Positions 36,385 through 49,138 of a stretch of 64,000 nucleotides of DNA are shown piece by piece (positions within the stretch are counted from its first letter, which is position 1; each line of letters starts with the position of its first letter). The stretch is from contig NC_068991.1 of assembly GCF_001194135.2 (NCBI RefSeq), positions 2,318,555 to 2,382,554 on the forward strand. The letters are read 5' to 3'. The translations under genes and the position numbers were made by a program. This stretch comes from Octopus bimaculoides (Eukaryota). The notes below the pieces were generated by a model, which saw only the letters and a program-made list of their open reading frames with translations, was not told the DNA's origin and did not search any database.

Positions 36385-37065
36385 GCAAGAACAATAAGAG
36401 CAAAAGGGCGGTTAACAGACATGGAAATAGAAGAGGTAAAAAATGGAAAGTAGAAGATAGGAATAATGCTTCACCAACAGATAACGTGTCTGGTGAGAAG
36501 AGAGAAAAATGAATGGCGGCAGCGAAGACGTAGAGCAAAGTGTAAATGTAAATGCATTCTCAACAAACGAAGCAGAAGTAATGGGAAGAATACGATGATG
36601 GCCAACAAGACATAGTGAGGATGCTGTGCCGATATATTAGAGAAGACCAGGATCAAGCACCTCGCAACCTGAGGCACATTGACCGAAAAGATAGATTCGG
36701 TTCTTGGGCTATTCCAGATGAGAGATATAACTGAAGCTAACGAGATTATTTGGGCTGTAGCTATGGTTACTGCAGATAAAGTTGGATACAAAAGAAAGAA
36801 GAAACAGAACGTAAAGAACTATTCTGGCAGAGACGAATTTTTGAGAAACAAAGTTAAAAAGACGTTTTAGATAAGTTGATAGATTGAGAAGAGGGGAATT
36901 GCAGAAGGAAAGCATAAGAATAATGCTGGAAAGAACACATAGAATAAGAGATAAAGATTATGGTTATGTGATATTGGAAGAATTGAAACAAAGAGTAGTA
37001 ACAATGAAAGTAAAACTGGAAAGGTATGACTACGGAAAAAGACAGTTCAGGCAAAACAGATTGTT
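36385..37065 (+). mobile_element. R4/Dong-like LINE, degenerate N-terminal (pre-RT) region following (AAT)n
   Basis: IRAKGRLTDMEIEEVK; TEKIDSVLGLFQMRDITEANEIIWAVAMVTADKVGYK (cf. ITE.N.LIYA.A.V..E.LG.K); ILEELKQRVVTMKVKLERYDYGKRQFRQNRLF (cf. EELKQR..A...K..RY....Q..QN.LF). Confidence 0.75.
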
Positions 37066-37413
37066 TACGTATTTCATGTTATTTGCACCGTTGGTGATGT
37101 CCTATACTCACATATGCATGTATATATTTGTAATTAGAGTTAGCAGTTGGAATAACTGGTCAGGGTGAATGAATAATAAGAAAATAAAACTAATACTTAA
37201 GTATAACAGAATTCGCCAATAAGTTTAGAAAAAGAAATGGAACTTTTGATTTCGTAAATGGAGTTAATAAATATTAATCCCAAAAAACATATCCGTAAAG
37301 TTGCTACAATAGCATACTAGCTGAAATATTCTAAAGACCAACCCGCTGTCGTCCGTAATTGGGTTGATCAAAACTCCGTAATGGGATTGCTCATTTGATA
37401 CACACACACACAC

Positions 37414-37501
<88 letters not shown>

Positions 37502-37569
37502 TGCTATTTATTTCATTGAATGCGAGGCATTCATTTCCAAGTAAGTTTATATATATATGTACAACGGGT

Positions 37570-37722
37570 TTCTATACAATTTTCATCTACGAACTTTTCT
37601 CACTAATTATTGGTCGGCTTGAGACTACAGTGAAAGACAATGGCCCAAAGTGCCACGCTGTGGGACTGAAATCACGTGAATATAAAGCGAACTTCTTAAT
37701 CACACAGCCAGGCCTGCATGCA
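37570..37722 (-). mobile_element. Decayed SINE family A head
   Basis: 'ttggtcggcttgagactacagtgaaagacaatggcccaaagtgccacgctgtgggactgaa...acttcttaatcacacagcca'. Confidence 0.75.
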
Positions 37723-38526
37723 TCTGTCGCGCCTCCTTTGTCCCCAAAATAAATATAAAATTTATCATGTCTCTCACCCAGGTGCGATGGCATCCAATTT
37801 GAAAAAACAATGAGACACTACATGCTTTCAGCCGTCTCGGTTGCTTCAAACGTTTTAATCCTTATACAACAGTCGTGTGACTTGTCTTAATAGTTGCAAA
37901 ATATACATAGCAGAGTCTTATGACAAGTTTAAGCCATAATTCTTACACAACAAACTTCTAACAAAAAGGAGGGAAAAAAATAACGTCTGATACCTTTTGA
38001 TTCAGTAAAGAATGCAAGATCAAAACGTTCTAATGTAAGACACCCAGATCACTTTGACAGTGAAGTATATCCAGAACAAATCCATAAATCCATACAGCTG
38101 ACGTATATTGTATATTTAGTATATCTATCCTTTCTAGTAACCTCACCGTTTTCGGATATATTGCTAAATTTAGATCCATATAACGCAAACAAAAAGTATT
38201 TTTAGTCTCATACATGGAAAGTAGTTTAGACAGCTGTCCAAGTTCCGGCCAAAGACCACAAAAAAATACTAATTCAGCACCATTAATGACAGAATCGAAT
38301 CCTTTTAATCGATAGTGGCATATGTGAAAAAGACGTCAAGCTAAACCGCCGGCGGCCATTTTGTTTTCAGTTAGTAATCAATAAATACTGTAGCAGGATT
38401 TGGCGCTAAGACGCCTGTGTGGTTTTGTTTCGGTGGATGCCATGTGGCGAGAAATAGTAAAACGATTTATGAGATAGGGTTAGGTTAAAGTATGCCTATA
38501 CAATATCTACATACATATATATGCAC

Positions 38527-38595
<69 letters not shown>

Positions 38596-38597
38596 CC

Positions 38598-38637
<40 letters not shown>

Positions 38638-38656
38638 CATCTATCTACACATATAT

Positions 38657-38843
38657 GGGCGAAGGTGTGGTTGTGTGGTAAGAAGCTCGCTTCTAAATTA
38701 CATGGTTCCGGGTTCAGTCCCATTGCATGGTACCTTGGGCAAGTGTCTTCTACTATAGCCTCGGGCCCACCAAAGCCTTATGCGTGGATCTCTTAGGCGG
38801 AAACTAAAAATACCCTTCCGTTCTATGTATGTATGTGTGTATG

Positions 38844-38874
<31 letters not shown>

Positions 38875-39034
38875 GTATGTATGTATGTATGTATGTATGC
38901 ATGTATGTAGCTGTGTCTATATATATGTGTATGTGTCTTTGTGTCTGTGATGATCCCCCATCACTGCTTGACAACAGAGCTTTTCGGCAAAAGAGACCGA
39001 TAGAATGTTAACAGGCTTAAAATAAGTACAGGGG
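38657..39034 (+). mobile_element. SINE family A, 3'-truncated, with internal (TATG)n
   Basis: Head 38657-38820, microsatellite, then tail to 'aataagtacagggg'. Confidence 0.88.
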
Positions 39035-39353
39035 CACCGCCTTGCAGAGTCTTATTTTTTAAAGCCTGGTAATTTTCCTCTCTGTCCTTTTTTGTTGAAC
39101 CGCTATGTTATGGGGACGTAGATACGTCCTCACCGGTTGTAAAGCGGTGTTGGGCGACAAACAGACGCAAAAACACTAACACACACATGCTTCGTGTTCT
39201 GTTTTTCAGTTTCCGTCTACCAAATCCATTCACAAGGCTTTAGTCGGCTCATGGCTATAGTAGAAGTCTCTTGCCCAAGGTGCCACGCAGTATTATTGAA
39301 CGTGGAACCATGTGGTTGGGAAGCAAGCTTCCAGCCACACAGTCATGCCCGTG
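39031..39353 (-). mobile_element. SINE family A, 3'-truncated, fused tail-to-tail with the previous copy
   Basis: 'ggggcaccgccttg...aaagcctggta...gaaccgcta...ggggacgta...ttcagtttccgtctaccaaatccattcacaaggcttt...ttgcccaaggtgccacgcag...gggaagcaagctt'. Confidence 0.88.
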
Positions 39354-39882
39354 TGTTACATATCTTCATCAAACTTCACCTCTGCTTCTCCCATTATACT
39401 CTTATACAACAATATATTTTATTACATAGTTAGTATTTGTAAGCATTCATGGTAATATCACAAAGGAAATGGCTAAACATTCGTCTATTACTTTAAATGC
39501 TGTCACACAACCCAGCATTAATATGCAAACAATTGACGCAGGTCGCTAACCAGCAAAGAACATTAGCCTCCTACCAGGTATTTCTAGCATGACTCTTGTC
39601 CTAATGTATAATGGCTCGAAAACAGCTAAGGTAAACTGCACTTATTTACAACAATACACACTTGCATGTATTGATGTAAGCAAACGTTGGAAGTCGCACA
39701 ATGAGAACAGCTATGGGCAACTGCTTTGAAACCTCAGAAATAAAATCTGTTAGCGGAACAGTAAAAATATGCAAGAAACCATATTCCAACGATGGAGCTT
39801 TGTATCCTGGTCAGAAACCAGCTCCTTTATTGTAAGGAGAGTTGAAAAGCATAAAAAAAGAAGAGAACATACGCACGCACAC

Positions 39883-39937
<55 letters not shown>

Positions 39938-40164
39938 ATGTATATATCTTATGTATATATTTGGATGTCGTTGTTTTTAGATTCTCATACTGTTATACCA
40001 TCTAAATTTGCCTTATGTTTATCTTTTTACGATAGTTTTATCACGCATACATATTATCACACACGCATACTAACTTACACAAGCCTACATACAGTCATGT
40101 ACATACTTACATTCACATAAATAAATACATACGTACATTCATGCATACGCAGAAGCACATAAGT

Positions 40165-40247
40165 GCACCCAGAGGCAATCGAACGGCGAACTGCACCCAG
40201 AGGCAATCAAACGGCGAACTGCACCCAGAGGCAATCAAACGGCGAAC
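40165..40247 (+). repeat. 28-bp GC-rich tandem repeat x3 (GCACCCAGAGGCAATCAAACGGCGAACT)
   Basis: Units start at 40165, 40193 and 40221, with one substitution in unit 1. Confidence 0.95.
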
Positions 40248-40667
40248 GATCATTTTCCATACAACGAAAACAAGAAACTTTCCACTAAAAATGTCGACAT
40301 GTCATATAGAAATACCGAAATATCTAATTTTGTACTTTCTTGATTATGAACAACGATTTTATTTCGTTCTTTACCTCTCTGTCGTTCTGCCGGAAGTCAA
40401 ATGCTGTTTGTCGGAAGTGAAAACATTCCCAGCATTCCCCTTCTGCCTACCGCATTGGCGACATTTTACGTATCCTGAAATGCTGTAAGTGACGTTTCTT
40501 TCTGAAAAATATGGCTTCTGTCCTGTTGTAACTTTTGGAACAAGCAGGAACTACTCTGCACACACGCATACGTACATGTGCGTGTTTGTGTTAGCGTGTG
40601 TATATGAAAGTGTGTATGTGTGTGTGTGTTAGTGTGTGGTGAGTTTCTGTGAATGAGTGTGTGTGTT

Positions 40668-40700
<33 letters not shown>

Positions 40701-41096
40701 GTAGGCCTGTATGAGAGAAATGGAAATCGAAATAGTGACAAAGAGGATGGTTACGTTCATGATGATGATGGATCTAACGGCAATGACAGCTATGGCTATG
40801 ATGAATTGCATAATGATTATAGATGATGGCGGTGATGACGGTGGTGGTGGTGGTGGTAGTGTTGGTGACTTTGGTAGAACTATTTTTGTGATCATAACTC
40901 GTTAGGTGCGTTGTGGCATAGCATATACTTTGTCTTCAGCGCCATAGTAGAAAAAAAGAGATACTGGAATTATTCTCTCCTTCCTTCCCTCTCTCTATCC
41001 CTCTCTATCCCTCCCTCTCTCCCCCTCTCTCCCCCTTTCTCCCTCCCTCTCTCTCTCTCTCCCCCATCTCTCCCTCCCTCTCTCTCTCTCCCCCTA

Positions 41097-41375
41097 TAGA
41101 GAGGTTGCATCTAGCATCATTAATTTTGTACGATCTAGCATGACTAAATATTTTTCAATTTGTATAATTATGTTGTATAATTTCTTACTATCCTTCAATT
41201 TCCAAATTAGTTTACTTAAACTAGTACTGTTAAACCTGTCTCTATTTCTAAAGGTGTAATCATGGTTTGCAATCCGTTTTTTAATAAAATTTTCCGTTGA
41301 CCCTATGTAAAATAATTTTTTTCGTTTCGAATCCACACTACATCTATATACATTGTTGTTCTGTAAGGTTATAGT
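41097..41375 (-). mobile_element. Penelope-like GIY-YIG endonuclease remnant
   Basis: Minus strand: NNVYRCSVDSKRKKLFYIGSTENFIKKRIANHDYTFRNRDRFNSTSLSKLIWKLKD, matching the Penelope EN pattern VY.C.V...YIG.T...K.R...H...F......T.LS..IW.LK. Confidence 0.85.
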
Positions 41376-41600
41376 GTTTGTATATTATATTATATTATAT
41401 TCATACTATATTATGTTATATTATAATATAAATAAATTATTGAATTGTCAATTGTATTTCTAATTTATTGTTTGTAATTTGAATTATACCCATATTTATG
41501 TGGTATTCAACTGACGTACCAGTGAATTGGATGTTTTACACACCCCTTTGAAGGAATTCTTTTCCTCATTTTGTTACTTTATATATATATATATATATAT

Positions 41601-41685
41601 CCTTTATTAAAAGCAGCAGAAATATCACAAAAACTGTTACTCAGAGTTTCATGTTCCCGTTCGTCGGACAGTTTTATTAGAATGG
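41601..41685 (-). ncRNA. Penelope-type pseudo-LTR piece with a hammerhead fold (41630-41675)
   Basis: aaaactgt-CCGACGA-acgggaacat-GAAAC-tctga-GTA-acagtttt followed by AATAAA. Same family as 13292-13398. Confidence 0.65.
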
Positions 41686-41875
41686 TACATATATATGTAT
41701 ATGTTTGTATGTATGTATGTATGTATATATATATACATGTATATATGTATGTGTGTATATATGTATGTGTGTATATATGTATGTGTGTATATATGTATGT
41801 ATATATATNNNNNNNNNNNNNNNNNNNNNNNNNNNNNNNNNNNNNNNNNNNNNNNTATATATATATATATATATA

Positions 41876-42352
41876 TTCTTTTACTTGTTTCAGCCATTAG
41901 ATTGTGGCCATATTGGGGCACCGCCTTGAATTTGGATTCGAATGAATCGACCCCAGCACTTTTTTCTAAGTGCAGTACTTATTCTATCGGTCTTATTTGC
42001 CGAACCGCTAAGTTACGGGTACGCAAACACACCAACATCGGTTGTCAAGCAGGGGCGGTCGGACAAACGCAGACACACACACAGATATACATACATGCAT
42101 ACATACATGCATACATACATAGATACATACCCACACACATATATGTATATATATATATGTTTATTTATATATATATATATACATGTGTGTGTGTATGTAT
42201 ATATATACGACGGTCTTTCAGTTTCCATCTACCAAATCGATTCACAACATCTTGGTAGGCCCGAGGCTATAGTAGAAGACACTTGCCCAAAGTGCTACGC
42301 AGTGAGATTGAACCCAGAACCATAAGGTTGGGAAGCAAGCTTCTTACCATAC
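41876..42352 (-). mobile_element. Full-length SINE family A with an internal (TACA)/(TA) tract
   Basis: Tail 'ttttacttgtttcagccattag...ggggcaccgccttgaa...gccgaaccgctaagttacggg', microsatellite, then head 'ttcagtttccatctacc...ggttgggaagcaagcttcttacc'. Confidence 0.92.
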
Positions 42353-42729
42353 AATACAGAGCTGAGTAATCGCAGAATCCTACGATCTTTCGATTGACCC
42401 ACTTATCTCTCTTATATCTTTGTCATGTATCTATTTATCCGTTTGTTTCTCTCTCTCTTTCTCTCCCTCCCTCTCTTATCCTCTCTCTCCCTTTGTTGAT
42501 ACTTCCATCGTTAGCGTCTTTCTCTGCTGTTGTCCTCCACTCTAGTACACTTTTTTCCAATTCTCCTTCACGAGACTTAAGTGTAAATCGATCATGGCAT
42601 TTAGAAAACACCAAGGAAAGGTTACAAAACAAGAATAACGTCAACAACAACAATAATCAATAACAACAACTACAATAAAAAACAACAATAATAATAATGA
42701 CGATGATGATGATCATGATGATGATATTC

Positions 42730-42775
<46 letters not shown>

Positions 42776-42779
42776 TAAT

Positions 42780-42994
42780 AATCCTTTCTACTATAGACAC
42801 AAGGTCTGAAATTGTTGGGGAGGAGACTAATCGATTACATCGACCCCAGTGTTTTACTGGTACTTAATTTATCGACCTTGAAAGGATGAAAGGCGAAGTC
42901 TACCTCGGCGAAATTTGAACTCAGAACATAACGAGGGGCGAAATACCGCCAAGCGTTTTGCCCAGAATGATGAGGATGATGATGGTGATGGTGA

Positions 42995-43025
<31 letters not shown>

Positions 43026-43160
43026 GGTGATGGTGGTGGTGGTGTTGGTGGTGGTGATGATGATGATGATGATGATGGCCTTTTCTACTAAAGGCCTGAA
43101 ATTTTGGAGGAGGGGGCTAGTCGATGACATCAACCCCAGTGTTTCGCTGGTACTACTGTG
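42780..43160 (-). mobile_element. Two SINE family B pieces (42780-42965 and 43078-43160) separated by (GAT)n
   Basis: 'ctaatcgattacatcgaccccagtg...actggtacttaatttatcgacc...aaaggatgaaaggcgaagtc...gaactcagaac' and a second 3' piece. Confidence 0.8.
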
Positions 43161-43194
43161 TAAATCTCTCTGAGAGATTTAGAAATGTATTATT

Positions 43195-44060
43195 TCTAAA
43201 CTCAATATTAATTGTGGAATCCTTCAAGGAGACTCGTTATCCCAAGCAAAATCCTAAATAAAATAATTTATTGGTAGAAGATGTATGGAAAGACCATCAA
43301 TCATCTTTTCTGTATGAATGACTTGAAACTGTTTATGGAAAATGATGAACACCTATAAGCACTCATTCACACAGTCAAGGAATTTAGTGATGCCATCAAA
43401 ATGGAATATGGGCCTGAGAAGGTTACCAATGGAAAACTATCAAACGCGTGCAACGTCACTTGAGATAGAGATACCGAAATAAAGAATTAGGTCCTGAATG
43501 TAGTTAAGTATCTAAGAGTATGAGAAACAGAAGGGATTAAACATTCACAAATGAGAGAAAAGATTCGGAAGGATTAATGCCGAAGAGTTAGAGCCATTCT
43601 GAAAACAGAGTTGATTGCCAAAAACATCAGTCAAGCTATAAACACGCTCTCCGTGCCTGTCACCACATACAGCTTCAACGTTACAAACTGGTCTCTGTCT
43701 GAGACAAGAAAGTCGATGTAAGAAATCCGAAAACTGATGGCAACGCAACATATGCATCACCCAAAAGCAGCAGGCATAGACCAAATATACCTCCTGAGAA
43801 AAGAAGGCAATTAGGGGTTCATAGAATCTCAAGTCACATTGAAAATTTGCAACCATGGGACTTCCTGCTTACCTGCAAAAAACAAACGATTAGATACTAA
43901 AATTGGTTCTGAAAAAATGAAGACACCAAAATAGTTGCATTCAGTGACGAAAAACGAAAAGTATACCTTCAAAAAATGCAACTAGATGAACGAGTACCTA
44001 AAGAAATTGTGTACCCTACTGACATGGAGAAACAAATCTTGGCAAACAGACCAGCTGCCA
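43195..44060 (+). mobile_element. R4/Dong-like LINE reverse-transcriptase remnant
   Basis: INCGILQGDSLS (cf. GI.QGDSLSP); INHLFCMNDLKLF (cf. INHLLYMDDLKLY); IKMEYGPEK (cf. I.M.FG..KC); RVRAILKTELIAKNISQAINTLSVPVTTYSFNVTNWS; MHHPKA. Many stops and frameshifts. Confidence 0.88.
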
Positions 44061-44626
44061 AGTTAATTTTGTTTGACAAAAGTATGGGTAAAGAATTCAA
44101 CATTTTGGACAATAGTCTTTTCTCAATAACAACTGTGAGTGCAGAGAAGGGGAAAAAAAACAAAACAAAACAGAAAGGATATGAAATGAAAAGAATTGCA
44201 TGTTCTGGTAAGGTATTTTCGTGAATGACAGAACAACGGAAGGGTTAAATTTATTTTGTTCTTCGAGTTTTGAAAAATCCTTTTCATTCTTTTGAACTCA
44301 CCAATCTAGATATATTTGTAAGAGTTTGAAGTTTGTCTGAAGACGCAATCAAGCATAATTTTGAAAAATAGATAAATAGATAGATAAATAGATAGATAGA
44401 AAGATAGACAGATAGAAAGATAGATAGATACTGGGAGGGTGGAGAACTTGAAAGAAGAAAAAGAGCGAGGCGAATAGACGCACACATACATATATACATG
44501 CACGCATACATTCGCACACACACACACACACATACACATATGCAATACATAGGTACAAACATACATAGTTAGGCAGAGAGCTAGATACTAACCAGACAAG
44601 TGCACCTATAAAAGCAGTCTGTCTAA

Positions 44627-44676
<50 letters not shown>

Positions 44677-45552
44677 ATACATACATACATACATACATAC
44701 ATACACATGTATGTGCACATGCAAGCATCTATGAGCGTGTTGTTAATTTCATAGACAGGGATGCGTTCATATCGAATAAATCTGAAAATCTATTTATGGA
44801 AAACATTTTTTCTCAGTCTGTTTCTCTTGAGTTGATTTTCTTCATAACACGACCGAATCTTTCTTTCGCCAGAGAAGTGTTCCAGAAGTAGCCATCACAC
44901 CATACACTTCACATTTCAATACTCGAAGTTTCATTTACCTCTACAACGACTAACTCTCCACTTAATATTCCTCTGTGGCAGTCACACCAAAACTTATGTT
45001 ATATATTCTACGTACTTGTATAATAAGTTTAGATTACAATGCAGCTCGTATTTATTTTTCAAGAGTGCAGAAGGAAGAATCTTAGAATATTCGAGATGTT
45101 GTGGCTAACGTATCATACGCACGGTGTCTTGTTTCATTGTCAAAGCATTTATCTTTCAAAACAATTCATCCTTCTTCTGAAATACTTAGAGTGGAATTAG
45201 AAATTTGGATAAATTTGGAACAATGCGTCGTTGCAAAATTGACGAGTTGCCCGTTAGCTTGTAATTATGCGAGCTTTTCTTGTGAATATAGATTCAGTGT
45301 ACGAGATGTGTTAGCATAGCCGTTTTGCCGCCAATTGTTTGGCTTCACTCATAAGGCGCTGACTTATTTGACATCAGAAATTTTAATGTTTCTATCATTC
45401 TCCGGTCTGTTATGCTCTAGCACCTGATCTGTTTGGACTGGGAAATCCTAGAGGATTCTTCTTCTTCTTCTTCTTCTTCTTCTTCTTCTTCTTCTTCTTC
45501 TTCTTCTTCTTCTTCTTCTTCTTCTTCTTCTTCTTCTTCTTCTTCTTCTTCA

Positions 45553-46335
45553 CTTTTAATCTGCATGTTTGTTACAGTCACTTGCTGAGACACACCCAGC
45601 GTCCTAGGGCGAGTGAAGGATAAGACATGTTACAGTAGCTTGCGGAAGGCAAGTAGCAGGGGCAGTAGCAAAATATCTTCATGTAATACAACACAGACAT
45701 TTAAATTGATAAGGTCTTTCTAAGGATGTCGGCTGTACTTGTCAACACAATCTTTTGGATTTCTCTGAGACATGCTTCTCCTGAGATATTATCTAGATGT
45801 TTTTGACATTCTTTTCTTATCATACCTAGGGCTCCCACAATAACAGGAATAGGTTTCGCTTTAAGATGCCACATCTTTTGTAGTTCAATTTCTAGGTCCT
45901 TATATTTATTTAATTTGTCAAATTCCTTTACAGATATATTTTTTCTCAGTAGGAACACTTACATCTATTAGTCTACAAGTATTTTCTTCCCTGTCTTTAA
46001 TGACTATGCCTGGTCGATTAGTCTGGATCGTTCTGTCAGTGTTGACTGGAAAATCCCAGAGGATAGTGACATTTCTACCTTCAACGCCTGGCAAAGGATG
46101 ACGTTCATACCAGTAAGCAGGAATGATGATTTTGTAGCGTTTACATATTTTCCAATGTAAATACCGTCCTACCTTATCGTGGCGATTTCTGTATTCGTTC
46201 GGCGTCAGCACAAGAGTTCCCGAGACGGTCTATTGTCTCGTCAAATGTATCGCAAAATCTGCATTTAGGGTCAGAACCGTTTTGAAGAACATTAGCTAGG
46301 TAGCTTTTGGTAAGCAAACTTTGATCTTGTGCCGC
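45553..46335 (-). mobile_element. R4/Dong-like LINE 3' end (second subfamily) with a (GAA)n tail at 45456-45551
   Basis: Minus strand: SDPKCRFCDTFDETI (zinc knuckle), EYRNRHDKVGRYLHWKICK, ILWDFPVNTDRTIQTNRPGIVIKD...LIDVSVP, KYKDLEIELQKMWHLK...IVGALG...ILRKTLSI*. A distinct 3' UTR runs into (GAA)n. Confidence 0.92.
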
Positions 46336-46379
46336 TAATTATTATTATTATTGTCTCTTACTGCAAACATTGCTGAGGA

Positions 46380-46510
46380 AGGTGTTGTTGATGATGATGA
46401 TGTTGATGATGATGATGTTGATGATGATGATGATGATGAAGATGATGAAGATGATGGTGATGATGATGATGATGTTGATGATGATGATGATGATGAAGGT
46501 GATGGTGATG
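46380..46510. repeat. (GAT)n field; representative of dozens of (TA)n, (CA)n, (GA)n, (TATC)n, (TACA)n, (TAG)n and (AAT)n tracts window-wide
   Basis: Other examples: (ATCT)n at about 800-870, (AAT)n 27225-27410, (GA)n 32826-32922 and 54720-54832, (TAGG)n 14440-14540. Confidence 0.97.
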
Positions 46511-46774
46511 ATAAATGCAACGATGAGTATGAAGTGGAATGTAATGTCGCTGTTCGTTCCACTCCCAACCTACCAAACGCAGTCACCTATCCCCACCCCA
46601 TACCTCCTCCCCCAAGGAGAGAATCCAATATCATTTGCCAAACCCATTTAACATTTTACTAACCCTCACTCCGGTTCTATCGACTTCCGAAACACGCGTT
46701 GCAAATTTACAGTCATCACAAATCTATCTGCACGTTGCTGGTGGTGGTGGTGGTGGTGGTGGTTGTTGTGACAA

Positions 46775-46806
<32 letters not shown>

Positions 46807-47174
46807 ACGATGATGATGATGATGATGATGGTGGTGGTTGTTGTAGTGAGAGTTCCTATGGTGACGTTGGTGTTATTTTCAACATAGTTCAAGGTTAGAT
46901 TCACACGCAACAAACACACACACACGTATAGTGATATATATGTAGGTGTGTGTGTGTGTGTGTTTGTATATGTACACACATACACACATTCATACAGAAA
47001 TACATTTATATACACACACACACATATATGCATATATGTAAATATATATAAGATTATAAATAAATATATATATAAGCATACACATAAATATACACATATA
47101 CATTTACATTAATATGTATATACACATATATATATATATATACTTCCACACACACACACACATGCAAACACACA

Positions 47175-47228
<54 letters not shown>

Positions 47229-48215
47229 TATACACATATATATTTTTGTATATAAAAAGGATAAGACCATTATTTTGAATAATACACATATATACACATA
47301 TATACACACATATACACATACACATATACACATATATACCCATTAACACATATATTGACATATTTGTGTTTGTGTGTGTCTGTGTATGTACATAAATGTA
47401 TACACAGAGACATATGTATTTGCACGTATATATATTTCATACGATTTTATAATTATATACACGTTCATGAAATCGTTATGTGATGGAACGGTAATGATAA
47501 ATGAGGTATGGAGTCAGATAAACTAAATATAGAATCATGTTGTTTGTTGTTAGTGTTGTTTTTTCTTGCTATTATCGTCGTCGTCGCCTTCGTCATCATA
47601 CTGTTGTTCTTGTTCTTGTTGGTGGACATATCACTGTTCATGTTGTTGTTGTTGTTATTATCATTTACCCCCTCAGCACGCCCTCTGTTGTGCAAGTAAT
47701 GAAGCAAAATAATTCATTAACCCACAAATCTGGCGATTTCGATGCTTTTGGTCTCTACCCTATTCAAGAACTTACTACAAACTATGGAGCCTGTACATTA
47801 TGTGGCTGCTTAACCCAATAAAAACAGTAGCTAAATCTCCACCAGGTTATAAGCTATAGTTTCTTACTTTGTATATATTCATGATGAAACTTATTTAAAC
47901 AACAGTTTTACGATGTTTAATGAAACCCAGATATCGTAGTAAAATATTTCATGACTTTTCTCTGGAATTTCCGGGTATATTTTCAATCTAGAATTAAGTG
48001 CACTGGTCACCCTTGCACTATCGTAGAAAGAGCGGAAACGTGAAACTTAGAGTGATGTTGAGTGCAATTTGCAACTTCTCGTATGAATATATATTTAGTA
48101 GGGGTTGTGTATATAAATTATGTATTATCGACTGAATTCCGCCCAACCCAAGCGCTCTTGCATTTTTGATATAGACAGATGTAGGTGTGTCTCAATGTCT
48201 GGCTCTATACACAAG

Positions 48216-48274
<59 letters not shown>

Positions 48275-48316
48275 GATATATCTATAAATGTATGTGTGTA
48301 TACACTTACAGGTATG

Positions 48317-48354
<38 letters not shown>

Positions 48355-48364
48355 NNNNNNNNNN

Positions 48365-48402
<38 letters not shown>

Positions 48403-48404
48403 TT

Positions 48405-48576
48405 TTTACACCTGCAAGGTCATGCGCTATTTATCTTGATATGAGATCACTATATCGTGCACATGTGATGCATGTGTCTGGTGTAGCCTTATCAATCGGG
48501 TAGTCATGTTGGGTATACTGGGCGTCGTATATTTTATCCCAGTGTCACTTTGATGGCATGCATTGCTCTCTCACTC
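48405..48576 (+). mobile_element. Family F 3' end
   Basis: Similar to about 30047-30223; ends 'ctctctcactc' followed by AAT-like repeats. Confidence 0.8.
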
Positions 48577-48591
48577 AATAACAATGATAAT

Positions 48592-49068
48592 GGTTTCAAA
48601 TTTTTTCCACAAGGGCTGCTTGAGGGAGGTGGGGATAAGTCGATTACATCGACCCCAGTGGTCAAGTGGTACTTATTTTATCGACTCCGAAGGACGAAAG
48701 GCAAAGTCGACCTCGGCGGAATTTGAACTCAGAACGAAAAGACAAACGAAATGCCGCTAAGCATTTTTCCTGGCGTGTTAACGATTCCACCAGCTCGCCG
48801 CCTTAATAATAGTAATAATAATAACAATAATAATAATAATGATAATTATAATTATTATTTCAAATTTTTACCACAAAGTCAACTTGGATGAGGTGGGGAC
48901 GAGTCGATTAAATCGACTCCAATGTCAACTGGTACTTATGTTGTCGACTCCGCAAGGACGAAAAGTAAAATTGACCGCTGCAGAATTTGAACTCAGAACG
49001 TAGCGATGGGCTAAATACCGCTAGACATTTCGTCCAGTGCGCTAACGATTCTGCCAGCTCACCGCCTT
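48592..49068 (-). mobile_element. Two tandem SINE family B copies (48592-48804 and about 48858-49068) separated by (AAT)n
   Basis: Both read '...atcgac(c/t)cc...actggtactta...gtcgactccg...aggacgaaa...ggaatttgaactcagaacg...ccagctc(g/a)ccgcctt'. Confidence 0.92.
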
Positions 49069-49095
49069 GATAGTAATGACAACAACAACAACAAC

Positions 49096-49138
<43 letters not shown>

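Noticed and set aside
38340-38490. GCGGCCATTTT motif and a telomere-like AGGGTTAGGTT
   Set aside because: A single short telomere-like unit, probably part of an old non-autonomous element. It is not an interstitial telomere array.
40165-40247. 28-bp direct repeats as a CRISPR array
   Set aside because: The units are contiguous with no spacers, the context is eukaryotic and there are no cas genes.
44840-44990. Minus-strand KLRVLKCEVYGVMATSGTLLW, faintly like RTE post-RT sequence
   Set aside because: Too short and divergent to call.
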